Below, in pieces: positions 10,184 through 18,029 of a stretch of 64,000 nt of DNA. The position numbers were made by a program, and so were the translations under genes. Where the stretch lies: NCBI GenBank assembly GCA_040219255.1, contig JAVJSW010000046.1, positions 128,001 through 192,000 of the forward strand, written 5' to 3'. Each line of letters opens with the position of its first letter. The first letter of the stretch is position 1. Origin of the DNA: Sumerlaeia bacterium. GTDB lineage: Bacteria; Sumerlaeota; Sumerlaeia; SLMS01; JAHLLQ01. The notes under the pieces were generated by a model. It was given only the letters and a program-made list of their open reading frames with translations. It was not told the DNA's origin and did no database searches.

Positions 10184-10717
10184 TTAGAAGGGGAGATCAT
10201 CCTCGGTTCCTCCGTCGCCGTCGTACGAATCGCCGGGGCCGGAGGAGGAGGGATGGGAGTATTGAGAGCGGCTCTCAGGGCCGCTGTCGTATGACGACGG
10301 AGCACCACCACCTCGGTAGCCTCCGCCGGATTGACCGGGATTGCCGCCACCGCCGGAGCGCGGCTGATAACCGCCACCTCCGCCGGGTCCGCCATCGCCG
10401 CCGCCCGCCCGGGCGCCAAACTGCACCGCTTCCGCCACGATCACGAACTTCGTGCGTTCCTCGCCGGATTGCGTCTTGTACGTATCCATCTTCAGGCGGC
10501 CTTCGACGAGAATCTGACTGCCCTTCTGAAGGAACTGACTGCAAAGCTCCGCTGTGCGGTTCCATGCCTCCACGTCAATGTAGAGGACTTCTTCTTTTTG
10601 GGCACGGCGGCGGCTCGTTGCGAGACGGAAACTACAGACAGTGGAGCCAGTGGAAACAGTTCGAGACTCCGGGTCGCGGGTCAGATTTCCGATCAGGATG
10701 ACTTTGTTCAGTTCCAT
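10184..10717 (-). CDS. ssb: Single-stranded DNA-binding protein
   Basis: NKVILIGNLTRDPE, KGSQILVEGRL, Gly-rich linker, C-terminal DDLPF. Confidence 0.98.
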   Translation of the reverse strand: MELNKVILIGNLTRDPESRTVSTGSTVCSFRLATSRRRAQKEEVLYIDVEAWNRTAELCSQFLQKGSQILVEGRLKMDTYKTQSGEERTKFVIVAEAVQFGARAGGGDGGPGGGGGYQPRSGGGGNPGQSGGGYRGGGAPSSYDSGPESRSQYSHPSSSGPGDSYDGDGGTEDDLPF

Positions 10718-10803
10718 GGGGAACGTCAGCCTTTGCGTGGTCGATCAGGGGTTGCGGTACGGGTGGCGCGGTTCTGGGGGTTACGGTTTGGCGGTTGCGG
10801 GAT

Positions 10804-11451
10804 TCAGGACTCGGGAGCCTTGGGAGCGGCCTCGGCCTCTGGAGCAGCCTCTGGAGCGGTCTCGGGGGCCGCTTCGGGGGCTTGGGGAGTTGCTTCCGCG
10901 GCCTCGGGGGACGCCTCGGCGGGGGCTGCGGCGGCTTGTTGGGCGGCCGTGGCGGCGGCGAAATCGGCGCGCTCGCGCTCACGAGCGGCTTCCCGCTCCT
11001 TGGCCTGCTCGCGCTTGGTTTCTTCCAAAGCGGCGGTCGGGCTGTCGACGGGGGCTTCCGCTTCCTGGCCACGGCGGGTTTCCGCGTAGGAACGGCCACC
11101 GAAGGAGAACCGGCGGTCACCCTTCTGGATGGCCTCCGGAATTTCGCCGCGGGTCTTGGCTTCCACAGCCTTCGTCACCAGGAACCGCAGCACGTTTTCG
11201 TCGATGCGAAGCGCGCGGTTGAGTTCCGGAAGGCACTTGCCTTCCGACTCGCAGGTGAAATGGTAAAGGGTGTAGCGGCCTTCACGGCGCTTGTTGATCT
11301 GGTAGGCGAGACGGCGCTTGCCCCAGATGTCTTTGTCCAACACTTCGCCACCGTTGGCGGTGATGACTTTTTCAACAGCTTCAAGTTCGCTGTTGTACTG
11401 GTCTTCCACGAGATTGGGCTCGTGAACGACGACAAGTTCGTACTTCGACAC
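10804..11451 (-). CDS. rpsF: 30S ribosomal protein S6 with long Ala/Glu/Pro-rich tail
   Basis: GTG start after AGGGAG; YELVVV, WGKRRLAYQINK, LRIDENVLRFLV. Confidence 0.96.
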   Translation of the reverse strand: MSKYELVVVHEPNLVEDQYNSELEAVEKVITANGGEVLDKDIWGKRRLAYQINKRREGRYTLYHFTCESEGKCLPELNRALRIDENVLRFLVTKAVEAKTRGEIPEAIQKGDRRFSFGGRSYAETRRGQEAEAPVDSPTAALEETKREQAKEREAARERERADFAAATAAQQAAAAPAEASPEAAEATPQAPEAAPETAPEAAPEAEAAPKAPES

Positions 11452-11460
11452 GATTGTCTG

Positions 11461-11520
11461 TCTCCCTGTGGTCTTGCGGCTCTCGGGGCGTTCGGGGAAC
11501 ACGGGAACGAGAGCAGGGGG
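11461..11520 (-). promoter_or_regulatory. S6:S18 ribosomal protein leader (autoregulatory RNA)
   Basis: Minus strand CCCUG-CUCUC...GAGAG-CCG-CAAGACCA-CAGGGAG: outer stem sequesters the SD; inner stem followed by the conserved CCG, directly upstream of rpsF. Confidence 0.75.
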
Positions 11521-12015
11521 TGTGACCTTCGCGGAAGGCGCCAAGGCATGGCGCTCCTCTGCGAAGGGCTGAGGATTGAGCGGCAATGGCGCGGCGCAAG
11601 TCAAGGTGAAAGGCGGATGATTTGAGAGCAAAAGCGAAGGTCCGGGAAGCTTCCCCGTCCTCTTCGACCCTCCTGCGGATCGCGAACTTCGCGAGAGCCG
11701 AACCGGCGCGCCAGGGTAAAATGCGCCCGGAACGGCGTTTTCTCTTGATAGCCGCGCGCCTTCCTCGCTAGGCACTCCCCCTCTGATGGCGCCGCCCCGC
11801 GTTTTTCGCGGGACCACCTTGTGCTTGGGTCCCGGGCGCGCGCCGGATGTGAAGCTTCCCTCCCTGGCATTCCGGACCCTCTCGGTTGGCGGTCTCGACC
11901 GCGGGCCCCGCGAGGGAAGCGAGACCGATGAATTCTATTTCCCCCGACGCTGCCAATGCTGGAGATAACAGCTCCCCTCAACGTGCAGCGGGACAAGTCA
12001 GGAAAGGAGTCCGTA

Positions 12016-13428
12016 GTGACTGACCAGCAGGAAACCCACGAGTCCGCCCTCTCGACGGTTCTCGAGAAGAAGAACGAGCGCATCGCCTATCAGGTGGATG
12101 AAGGTGAAGGCCGGCCCGGGTCGCGCGTTCGCTACGCCGTGAAAGTGGCCGAAGAGGACTTCGCGCCCAAGGTGGACGAGGTGCTCGAGGACTTCCGCAA
12201 GCACGCGGCCATCCCCGGTTTCCGCCCCGGCAAGGCGCCGGTCAAACTGGTGCGCAATCGCTACGCCAAGGCCGCCCGCGACGAAGCCGCCAAGCGCCTC
12301 GCGCCCAAGCTCGCCGAGCAGTTGACGGAAGACAAGAAGCTCGAAGTCCTCGCCGATCCTGGCTACGAGGGCTCCTCCTCCACGCCCGGCGAAGGCGTCG
12401 AACTCTACCTGATCCTGGAAGTCCGCCCGGAAATCAAAGTCACCGACGAAACCCTCAAGGACCTCAAGGTGGAAGTCACCGAGGAGCCTGTGACGGACGA
12501 AAAGGTGGCCGCCGAAATCGAAGCGCTCCGCGAAAAAAACGCGGTCTTCGAAGCCCAGGGCGACGATGCGGTCTTCGCCAAAGATGACGCTTTGACCCTC
12601 GACATGGTCGTCGTCGGCGAGGGCGGAGAGCCCCACGCCCACGGCGGAATCGCCAACGAGTACATCGAAGACGTGAAGCAGATGCTGCCCGCGGAAGTCG
12701 CCGACGCCCTCGCCGGCAAGAAGAAGGGCGACATCTTCGACGTGGAAGACGTCGGTCATGGCGATCACAGCCACACCTACCGCGTCACCGTCGGCGAAAT
12801 CAAGAAGCGCGTCCTGCCCGAACTCGACGATGAATTCGCCAAGGACATCAGCGACGAGCACGAGACGCTCGAGGACCTCCGCAAGTCCATCCGCGAGGAC
12901 CTGGAGAAGCAGGAAGAGAACCGCAAGCGCGCCCAGATCCTGCAAGGGCTGTTCAGCCTGCTGAACGAGCGCGTCGATTTCGAAACGCCCGCCTCCCTGG
13001 TCAATCAGTTGGCCAACCGCAACCTGTCACGCACCGAGCAGCAGATGCGCCAGTACGGCCTGACGCTGAAGAGCTTCGGCAAGGAGCGCCTCGACACGTT
13101 CATCAGCAATGCGCTGGCGGAGTCGGCCGAGCAGGTGAAGACCTTCCTGATCCTGGATCAGATCGGCCGGAACCTGGGGATCGAGGCGAGCGAAGAGAAA
13201 ATCGCCGAGGAGATCGAGAAGATCGCCGAGTACCAAGGCCGCAAACCGCTGGCGATTCGTGCTCAGCTGGAAGCCAACAAGCAGTTCGACGATTTTGTGC
13301 AGGATATTCGCTTACGGGCGGTGCAGGATCGTCTCGCCGAAATGGCCGAGACGGTCGTCGTGGAAGCCAAGGCGGACGAAGACGAAGCCGCCGGCGCTTC
13401 CGGGGAAACTCCACAAGAAGGCGAGTAA
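12016..13428 (+). CDS. tig: Trigger factor
   Basis: GTG start after AAGGAG; IPGFRPGKAP ribosome-binding motif, LPELDDEFAK; upstream of clpP. Confidence 0.95.
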   Translation: MTDQQETHESALSTVLEKKNERIAYQVDEGEGRPGSRVRYAVKVAEEDFAPKVDEVLEDFRKHAAIPGFRPGKAPVKLVRNRYAKAARDEAAKRLAPKLAEQLTEDKKLEVLADPGYEGSSSTPGEGVELYLILEVRPEIKVTDETLKDLKVEVTEEPVTDEKVAAEIEALREKNAVFEAQGDDAVFAKDDALTLDMVVVGEGGEPHAHGGIANEYIEDVKQMLPAEVADALAGKKKGDIFDVEDVGHGDHSHTYRVTVGEIKKRVLPELDDEFAKDISDEHETLEDLRKSIREDLEKQEENRKRAQILQGLFSLLNERVDFETPASLVNQLANRNLSRTEQQMRQYGLTLKSFGKERLDTFISNALAESAEQVKTFLILDQIGRNLGIEASEEKIAEEIEKIAEYQGRKPLAIRAQLEANKQFDDFVQDIRLRAVQDRLAEMAETVVVEAKADEDEAAGASGETPQEGE

Positions 13429-13434
13429 AGCCCT

Positions 13435-14151
13435 ATGGCCCGCTATCACCTCAGGCCTGCCGATCTGCCCGCGGAACTCCGCCGGGCCGTCCTCGAGCAG
13501 GAAGAACGCGCCGCGGCGCAACCCTTCGCCAACGATGACGATGACGACATTTACTACATCCCCGTTCCGCGAATCTGGCACCAGACCGAGCGCAGCGAGC
13601 GGATGCTGGACCTGTTTACCCGGTTGTTGATGGACCGGATCATTTTGATCCAGCGCGCCTTCGACGACCGGCTCGCCAATCTCGTCACGGCCCAGCTTCT
13701 CTTCCTGGAAAGCCAGGACCCGGAAAAGCCCATCAGCATCTACATCAACTCGCCCGGCGGCGTCATCACCAGCGGCATGGCCATCTACGACACCATGCAG
13801 CTGATCAAGGCCCCGGTCGGCACCACCGTCATCGGCCAGGCCGCCAGCATGGGGGCCGTGATCTTGCTCGCAGGGGAGAAAGGCATGCGGTACGCTCTGC
13901 CCCATTCCCGCATCATGATCCACCAGCCCAGCGGCGGTTCGCGGGGGACCTCGATCGAAATCGAAATCCAGACCCGCGAAATGATCCGCGTCCGCGAATC
14001 CCTTTACGAGGTCATGGCCCGCCACACCGGCAAGACCGTGGACGAAATCATCAAAGCCTGCGACCGCGATTATTTCCTGGGACCCAAGGAAGCGATCGAC
14101 TTCGGAATCATCGATGAAGTCGTGGCGAACAAGAAGGCGTCCGCCGCCTAA
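13435..14151 (+). CDS. clpP: ATP-dependent Clp protease proteolytic subunit (copy 1)
   Basis: [22 protein letters not shown] (Ser), MIHQP (His), DRD (Asp). Confidence 0.95.
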   Translation: MARYHLRPADLPAELRRAVLEQEERAAAQPFANDDDDDIYYIPVPRIWHQTERSERMLDLFTRLLMDRIILIQRAFDDRLANLVTAQLLFLESQDPEKPISIYINSPGGVITSGMAIYDTMQLIKAPVGTTVIGQAASMGAVILLAGEKGMRYALPHSRIMIHQPSGGSRGTSIEIEIQTREMIRVRESLYEVMARHTGKTVDEIIKACDRDYFLGPKEAIDFGIIDEVVANKKASAA

Positions 14152-14203
14152 CCCCCCTCCGACCCACTCTGACCCAACGCACAAGGAAGGACACGGCCAC
14201 ACC

Positions 14204-14815
14204 ATGGACGTCCCCTACATTCTGGAGCAAACAGAGCGCGGCGAGCGCGGGATGGACATCTTCTCCCGCCTTCTGATGGACCGCATCATCTTCATCGGAA
14301 CGCCCATCAACGATACCGTCGCCAGTCTGGTCACGGCCCAGCTTCTCTATCTGGAGAGCGCCGACCCGGACAAAGACATCAACATCTACCTGAATTCCCC
14401 GGGCGGCAGCGTCACCGCTGGCCTGGCGATCTACGACACCATGCAGTTCGTCAAGCCCGACATCACCACCACCTGCGTCGGCCAGGCGGCCAGCATGGGC
14501 GCCGTGCTGCTGGCGGCGGGCACCGCGGGCAAACGCTTCTGCCTGCCCAATTCCCGCGTCATGATCCACCAGCCCCACATCATGGGCGGCCTCGGCGGGC
14601 AAGTCACCGACATCGAAATCCAGGCCAAGGAGATGATCCGCATCAAGCGCACGCTGAACGAAATCCTCTCCAAGCACACCGGCAAGACCTTCGACGAAAT
14701 CGAGCACGACACCGACCGCGACAAATTCCTCACGGCGGAGGAAGCGCTCGAGTACAAGCTCGTGGACAAAATCGTCGAGCACAAGCGGGCCGGCGAAAAG
14801 AACGGCAAATCCTAA
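14204..14815 (+). CDS. clpP: ATP-dependent Clp protease proteolytic subunit (copy 2)
   Basis: [50 protein letters not shown]. Confidence 0.97.
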   Translation: MDVPYILEQTERGERGMDIFSRLLMDRIIFIGTPINDTVASLVTAQLLYLESADPDKDINIYLNSPGGSVTAGLAIYDTMQFVKPDITTTCVGQAASMGAVLLAAGTAGKRFCLPNSRVMIHQPHIMGGLGGQVTDIEIQAKEMIRIKRTLNEILSKHTGKTFDEIEHDTDRDKFLTAEEALEYKLVDKIVEHKRAGEKNGKS

Positions 14816-14861
14816 AGATTGTTCCTGAAGAATCAAGCTCGACACTGAGAACACAGAACTT

Positions 14862-14890
14862 GCGGCCGGAGGGAACTCCGGCCGCTTTTT
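14862..14890 (+). terminator. Rho-independent terminator after tig-clpP-clpP
   Basis: GCGGCCGGA-GGGAAC-TCCGGCCGC followed by TTTTT. Confidence 0.85.
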
Positions 14891-15068
14891 CTTGTCTTAT
14901 CCTTCGGGCACCGGGCGTTTTCATTTGCCTCCCCGCAGGGGCACTTATAGCGTTGCAAACCCGGCATAAAGTGTTTTAGTCTGACCTTTGACACTGACGG
15001 AATCTTGACGCAAGACCCCCGTCGCCAAGCCCTTGGCTCAAGTATTTCCGAAGGAGGACGAGAGGCCG

Positions 15069-16295
15069 ATGACGCGCCCCTTCCCTTCCATAAAACAACT
15101 CCCCGCTTTTCTGCGAATCGCACTCTGCCTCGCCCTCATGGGCCTGGCGGCGGGCCCGGCGCTCGCCGCCGAAGCACTCCCGCTCATCTACACCCCCACC
15201 GGTGTCCTCTTCCGGGTCAAAGCACCCGACGCCAGCTCGGTGTACATCGCCGGCACCTTCAACGGCTGGGCCAACTCGGACGGCTACACCGTCTCCGACC
15301 CGGAATCCAAAATGTTCGGTCCCGACGAAAACGGCGTCTTCGAACACTTCTACACCCTCACCCCCGGCGTTCACGTCTTCAAGTACTGTGTGAACGGCAC
15401 GCATGACGGCTGGATGCCTGGGCCGCCCGACCTGGAGCGCCGCAAAGACGATTTCGACGTTACCGCGGGTCAAGGGGGCACCATGGGCTCGGCCTTCGAG
15501 TTCTCCCTGGAAGAGCCCCCGTGGCCGGGCTACATCCCCAACGGCTCGATGCGCCCGCGACTGCTGGTCAGCAAGATGGACGGCAAGCCCTACCTGCGCG
15601 TGCGCTTCTTCAGCCGCCAGGCCAACATCGTTCACATCGTGGGCAGTTGGGACGGCTGGGCCGGCATCTCCGACCGCGGCGTCTATGACGAATACCACGC
15701 CGCCGCCGTCGCCAGGCGCTCCGACACCAGCGAGGAAGTCCCCTATGTCTGGGAGAAGTACATCGGACCGTTGGAAGAAGGCACCCTCGAATACAAGATC
15801 GTCGTGAACAACCGCCAGTGGCTCGCCGACCCCTCCGTGCTCCAGGCCAGCGAGGACGGCAACTCCGTCGTCGGAATCCGGCGCCTCAATGAAAGCTGGG
15901 TCCCGGTGTACACGCCCCGTTTCCCCGACAACCAGACTCGCGAGGATATCAAGAAGCGCTGGGGACCGAATCTGGAATGGGAAATCGGGTTGAAGGAAGG
16001 TTTCGACCTGGCCCGCGCCAACCGCAAACCCATGATCTGGGTGATCACGCTGCCCGGTTCGGCCTACAGCGAACGCTTCATGAAGGGCATCAACAGCGAC
16101 CCAGCGGTCGTGCAGACCCTGAAGAGCTTCGTTTGCCTCGAAACGCCGGCCAACGAAGTGCGTAATCTGCTGCGGAAATACCAAATCTACCGGGTGCCCT
16201 ACGTGGCCATTTTCGACTCGGCGGGCCAAGTGAAGTGGCGCGGCTTCAACCCCAGCGAGCAAACGCTCAAGCAGCAACTCGCGGGCATCTCCTGA
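15069..16295 (+). CDS. Secreted protein with two CBM48/AMPK-beta-like glycogen-binding domains and a C-terminal thioredoxin-like domain
   Basis: Signal peptide ending ALA; VYIAGTFNGW..LTPGVHVFKYCVNG; VHIVGSWDGW..LEEGTLEYKIVVNNRQWLADP; LARANRKPMIW..VPYVAIFDSAG. Confidence 0.75.
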   Translation: MTRPFPSIKQLPAFLRIALCLALMGLAAGPALAAEALPLIYTPTGVLFRVKAPDASSVYIAGTFNGWANSDGYTVSDPESKMFGPDENGVFEHFYTLTPGVHVFKYCVNGTHDGWMPGPPDLERRKDDFDVTAGQGGTMGSAFEFSLEEPPWPGYIPNGSMRPRLLVSKMDGKPYLRVRFFSRQANIVHIVGSWDGWAGISDRGVYDEYHAAAVARRSDTSEEVPYVWEKYIGPLEEGTLEYKIVVNNRQWLADPSVLQASEDGNSVVGIRRLNESWVPVYTPRFPDNQTREDIKKRWGPNLEWEIGLKEGFDLARANRKPMIWVITLPGSAYSERFMKGINSDPAVVQTLKSFVCLETPANEVRNLLRKYQIYRVPYVAIFDSAGQVKWRGFNPSEQTLKQQLAGIS

Positions 16296-16345
16296 CCCCG
16301 GGGGCCTTTCCCCGGCCCCTTCATCTTTTCCTTTCAACACAGGCT

Positions 16346-16370
16346 TGCGCCGCCGGGTTCCGGCGGCGCA
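16346..16370. other. Perfect intergenic hairpin upstream of pilT
   Basis: TGCGCCGCCGG-GTT-CCGGCGGCGCA. Confidence 0.45.
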
Positions 16371-16436
16371 TTGTCATTTCGAGCACAATGCGCTCTCAAA
16401 GCTAGACGTCCCGCGCATACGAGGAGGATCGCCCTT

Positions 16437-17540
16437 ATGGCTATGGATATGAATGAAATGTTGAAGATCATGGTGGAGCGTGAAGGGTCCGACCTTCACC
16501 TGGCCGTTGGCAAGGTCCCCGTCATGCGCAACAACGGCACCCTGGAAGTCGTGGACCCGGACATCCTGACCCCGGAAGACACGGAACGGCTGATGCGGGA
16601 AATCTCCCCGCCGCGCTACATCCAGATGCTCCAGGAGCATGGCTCCTCCGACTTCGCCTACTCGTACTCCGAGCAGGCCCGTTTCCGCGTGGCCTGTCTT
16701 CGCGCCCGAGGCAACATCGGCATCGTCATGCGCCTGATTCCCTCGCGCCTCCTACCCTTCGAAGTCCTCGGCCTGCCGACCGCCGGCATCATGGAACTGC
16801 TCAATTCGCCCCGCGGCATGTGCATCATCACGGGCCCGACCGGTTCGGGCAAGACGACTACCCTGGCGACGATGATCGACTGGATCAATTCCAACCGCTA
16901 CTCGCACATCATCACCATCGAAGACCCCATCGAATACACCCACCCCCACAAGAAGTGCATCGTCACCCAGCGCGAAGTCCACGTCGACACGCCTTCATTC
17001 GCTTACGCGCTGCGTGGCGCCCTGCGCCAGGACCCGGACATCATTCTGGTCGGCGAAATGCGCGACTTGGAAACGCTCGAAGCCGGTCTCCACGCCGCGG
17101 AAACGGGCCACTTGTGCTTCGGAACGCTGCACACCATCAGCGCGTCGGCCACCATCGACCGTATCATCGACGCCTTCCCGGTGAACCAGCAGGAGCAGAT
17201 CCGTACCGTCATCTCGGTGGCGCTCAAGACCATCATCGCCCAGACGCTGCTGCCTCACGCCTCGGGCAAGGGCCGACTCGCCGCCTACGAACTGATGCAC
17301 AACACGCCCGCCATCGCCAACCTGATCCGCGAAGCGAAGACCAACCGCATCATCTCAACGATCCAGACGTCGAAGAAGCAGGGCATGGTGACGATGGACG
17401 AGTTCCTTCTCAAGCTCTACAAGGAAGGCAAGATCACCGGCGAAATCGCTCTCGAACGCGCCCACTATCCGGAAGAACTGCGCGTCAACATGATGGCCCA
17501 TGTGGCCCCGGGCGAGGACGACGATGAGCCGATCGTGTAA
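16437..17540 (+). CDS. pilT: Type IV pilus retraction ATPase PilT
   Basis: GSDLHL, ITGPTGSGKTTT, TIEDPIEY, LRQDPDIILVGEMRD, AAETGHL, AIANLIRE (AIRNLIRE motif). Confidence 0.93.
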   Translation: MAMDMNEMLKIMVEREGSDLHLAVGKVPVMRNNGTLEVVDPDILTPEDTERLMREISPPRYIQMLQEHGSSDFAYSYSEQARFRVACLRARGNIGIVMRLIPSRLLPFEVLGLPTAGIMELLNSPRGMCIITGPTGSGKTTTLATMIDWINSNRYSHIITIEDPIEYTHPHKKCIVTQREVHVDTPSFAYALRGALRQDPDIILVGEMRDLETLEAGLHAAETGHLCFGTLHTISASATIDRIIDAFPVNQQEQIRTVISVALKTIIAQTLLPHASGKGRLAAYELMHNTPAIANLIREAKTNRIISTIQTSKKQGMVTMDEFLLKLYKEGKITGEIALERAHYPEELRVNMMAHVAPGEDDDEPIV

Positions 17541-17551
17541 TCGGCTTTGTT

Positions 17552-18029
17552 TTTAACGCAAAGCAGCAGAGAGGCAAAGGTGCAAAGGATGGTTCGAAAA
17601 GAGTTGTCCGAGAATGAGATTAGCCAGCTCATTGTCGGAGCGGCTATCGAAGTTCATAAGACCTTAGGTGGACCGGGACTCTTGGAGTGTGTTTATGAAG
17701 AAGCTTTGGGTTGGGAGATAGAAAACCGTGGTCTCTTCGTACAAAGGCAGTTGGAAGTTCCCATCGCCTACAAGGGGAGAGAATTGAGTTTTCCCCTGAG
17801 ACTCGATTTACTTGTCAATAGGCTGGTCATCGTTGAATGCAAGGCCGTGACTCAGTACAATTCCATCTTTGAGCCACAGACTTACACGTACCTCAAGTTG
17901 ATGAATCTGAGGTTGGGACTCGGAGTCAATTTCGGTGAAAAACTTTTGAAGAACGTCATACATCGCGTTGTGAATGGCATGTAACCCTCTCTTCAAACGT
18001 CCTTTGCACCTCTGCTGCTTTGCGTTAAA
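17552..18029 (+). mobile_element. Candidate small mobile element: GxxExxY gene enclosed by terminal inverted repeats
   Basis: Perfect 20-bp inverted repeat TTTAACGCAAAGCAGCAGAG (17552-17571 and 18010-18029), extending imperfectly to about 43 bp; interior visibly more AT-rich than the flanks. Confidence 0.7.
17589..17984 (+). CDS. GxxExxY protein (PD-(D/E)XK nuclease superfamily)
   Basis: IVGAAIEVHKTLG-GPGLLECVY, RLDLLV..VIVECKAV, Q..TYLKL..GVNFG. Confidence 0.93.
   Translation: MVRKELSENEISQLIVGAAIEVHKTLGGPGLLECVYEEALGWEIENRGLFVQRQLEVPIAYKGRELSFPLRLDLLVNRLVIVECKAVTQYNSIFEPQTYTYLKLMNLRLGLGVNFGEKLLKNVIHRVVNGM

Noticed and set aside
11560-12000. tRNA or ncRNA between rpsF and tig
   Set aside because: GC-rich hairpins are present but there is no cloverleaf, SRP, 6S or tmRNA signature
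14841-14860. GACACTGAGAACACAGAAC as another repeat arm
   Set aside because: Resembles the units but lacks the TTCACC/TTTAAC start and is too short to distinguish from chance
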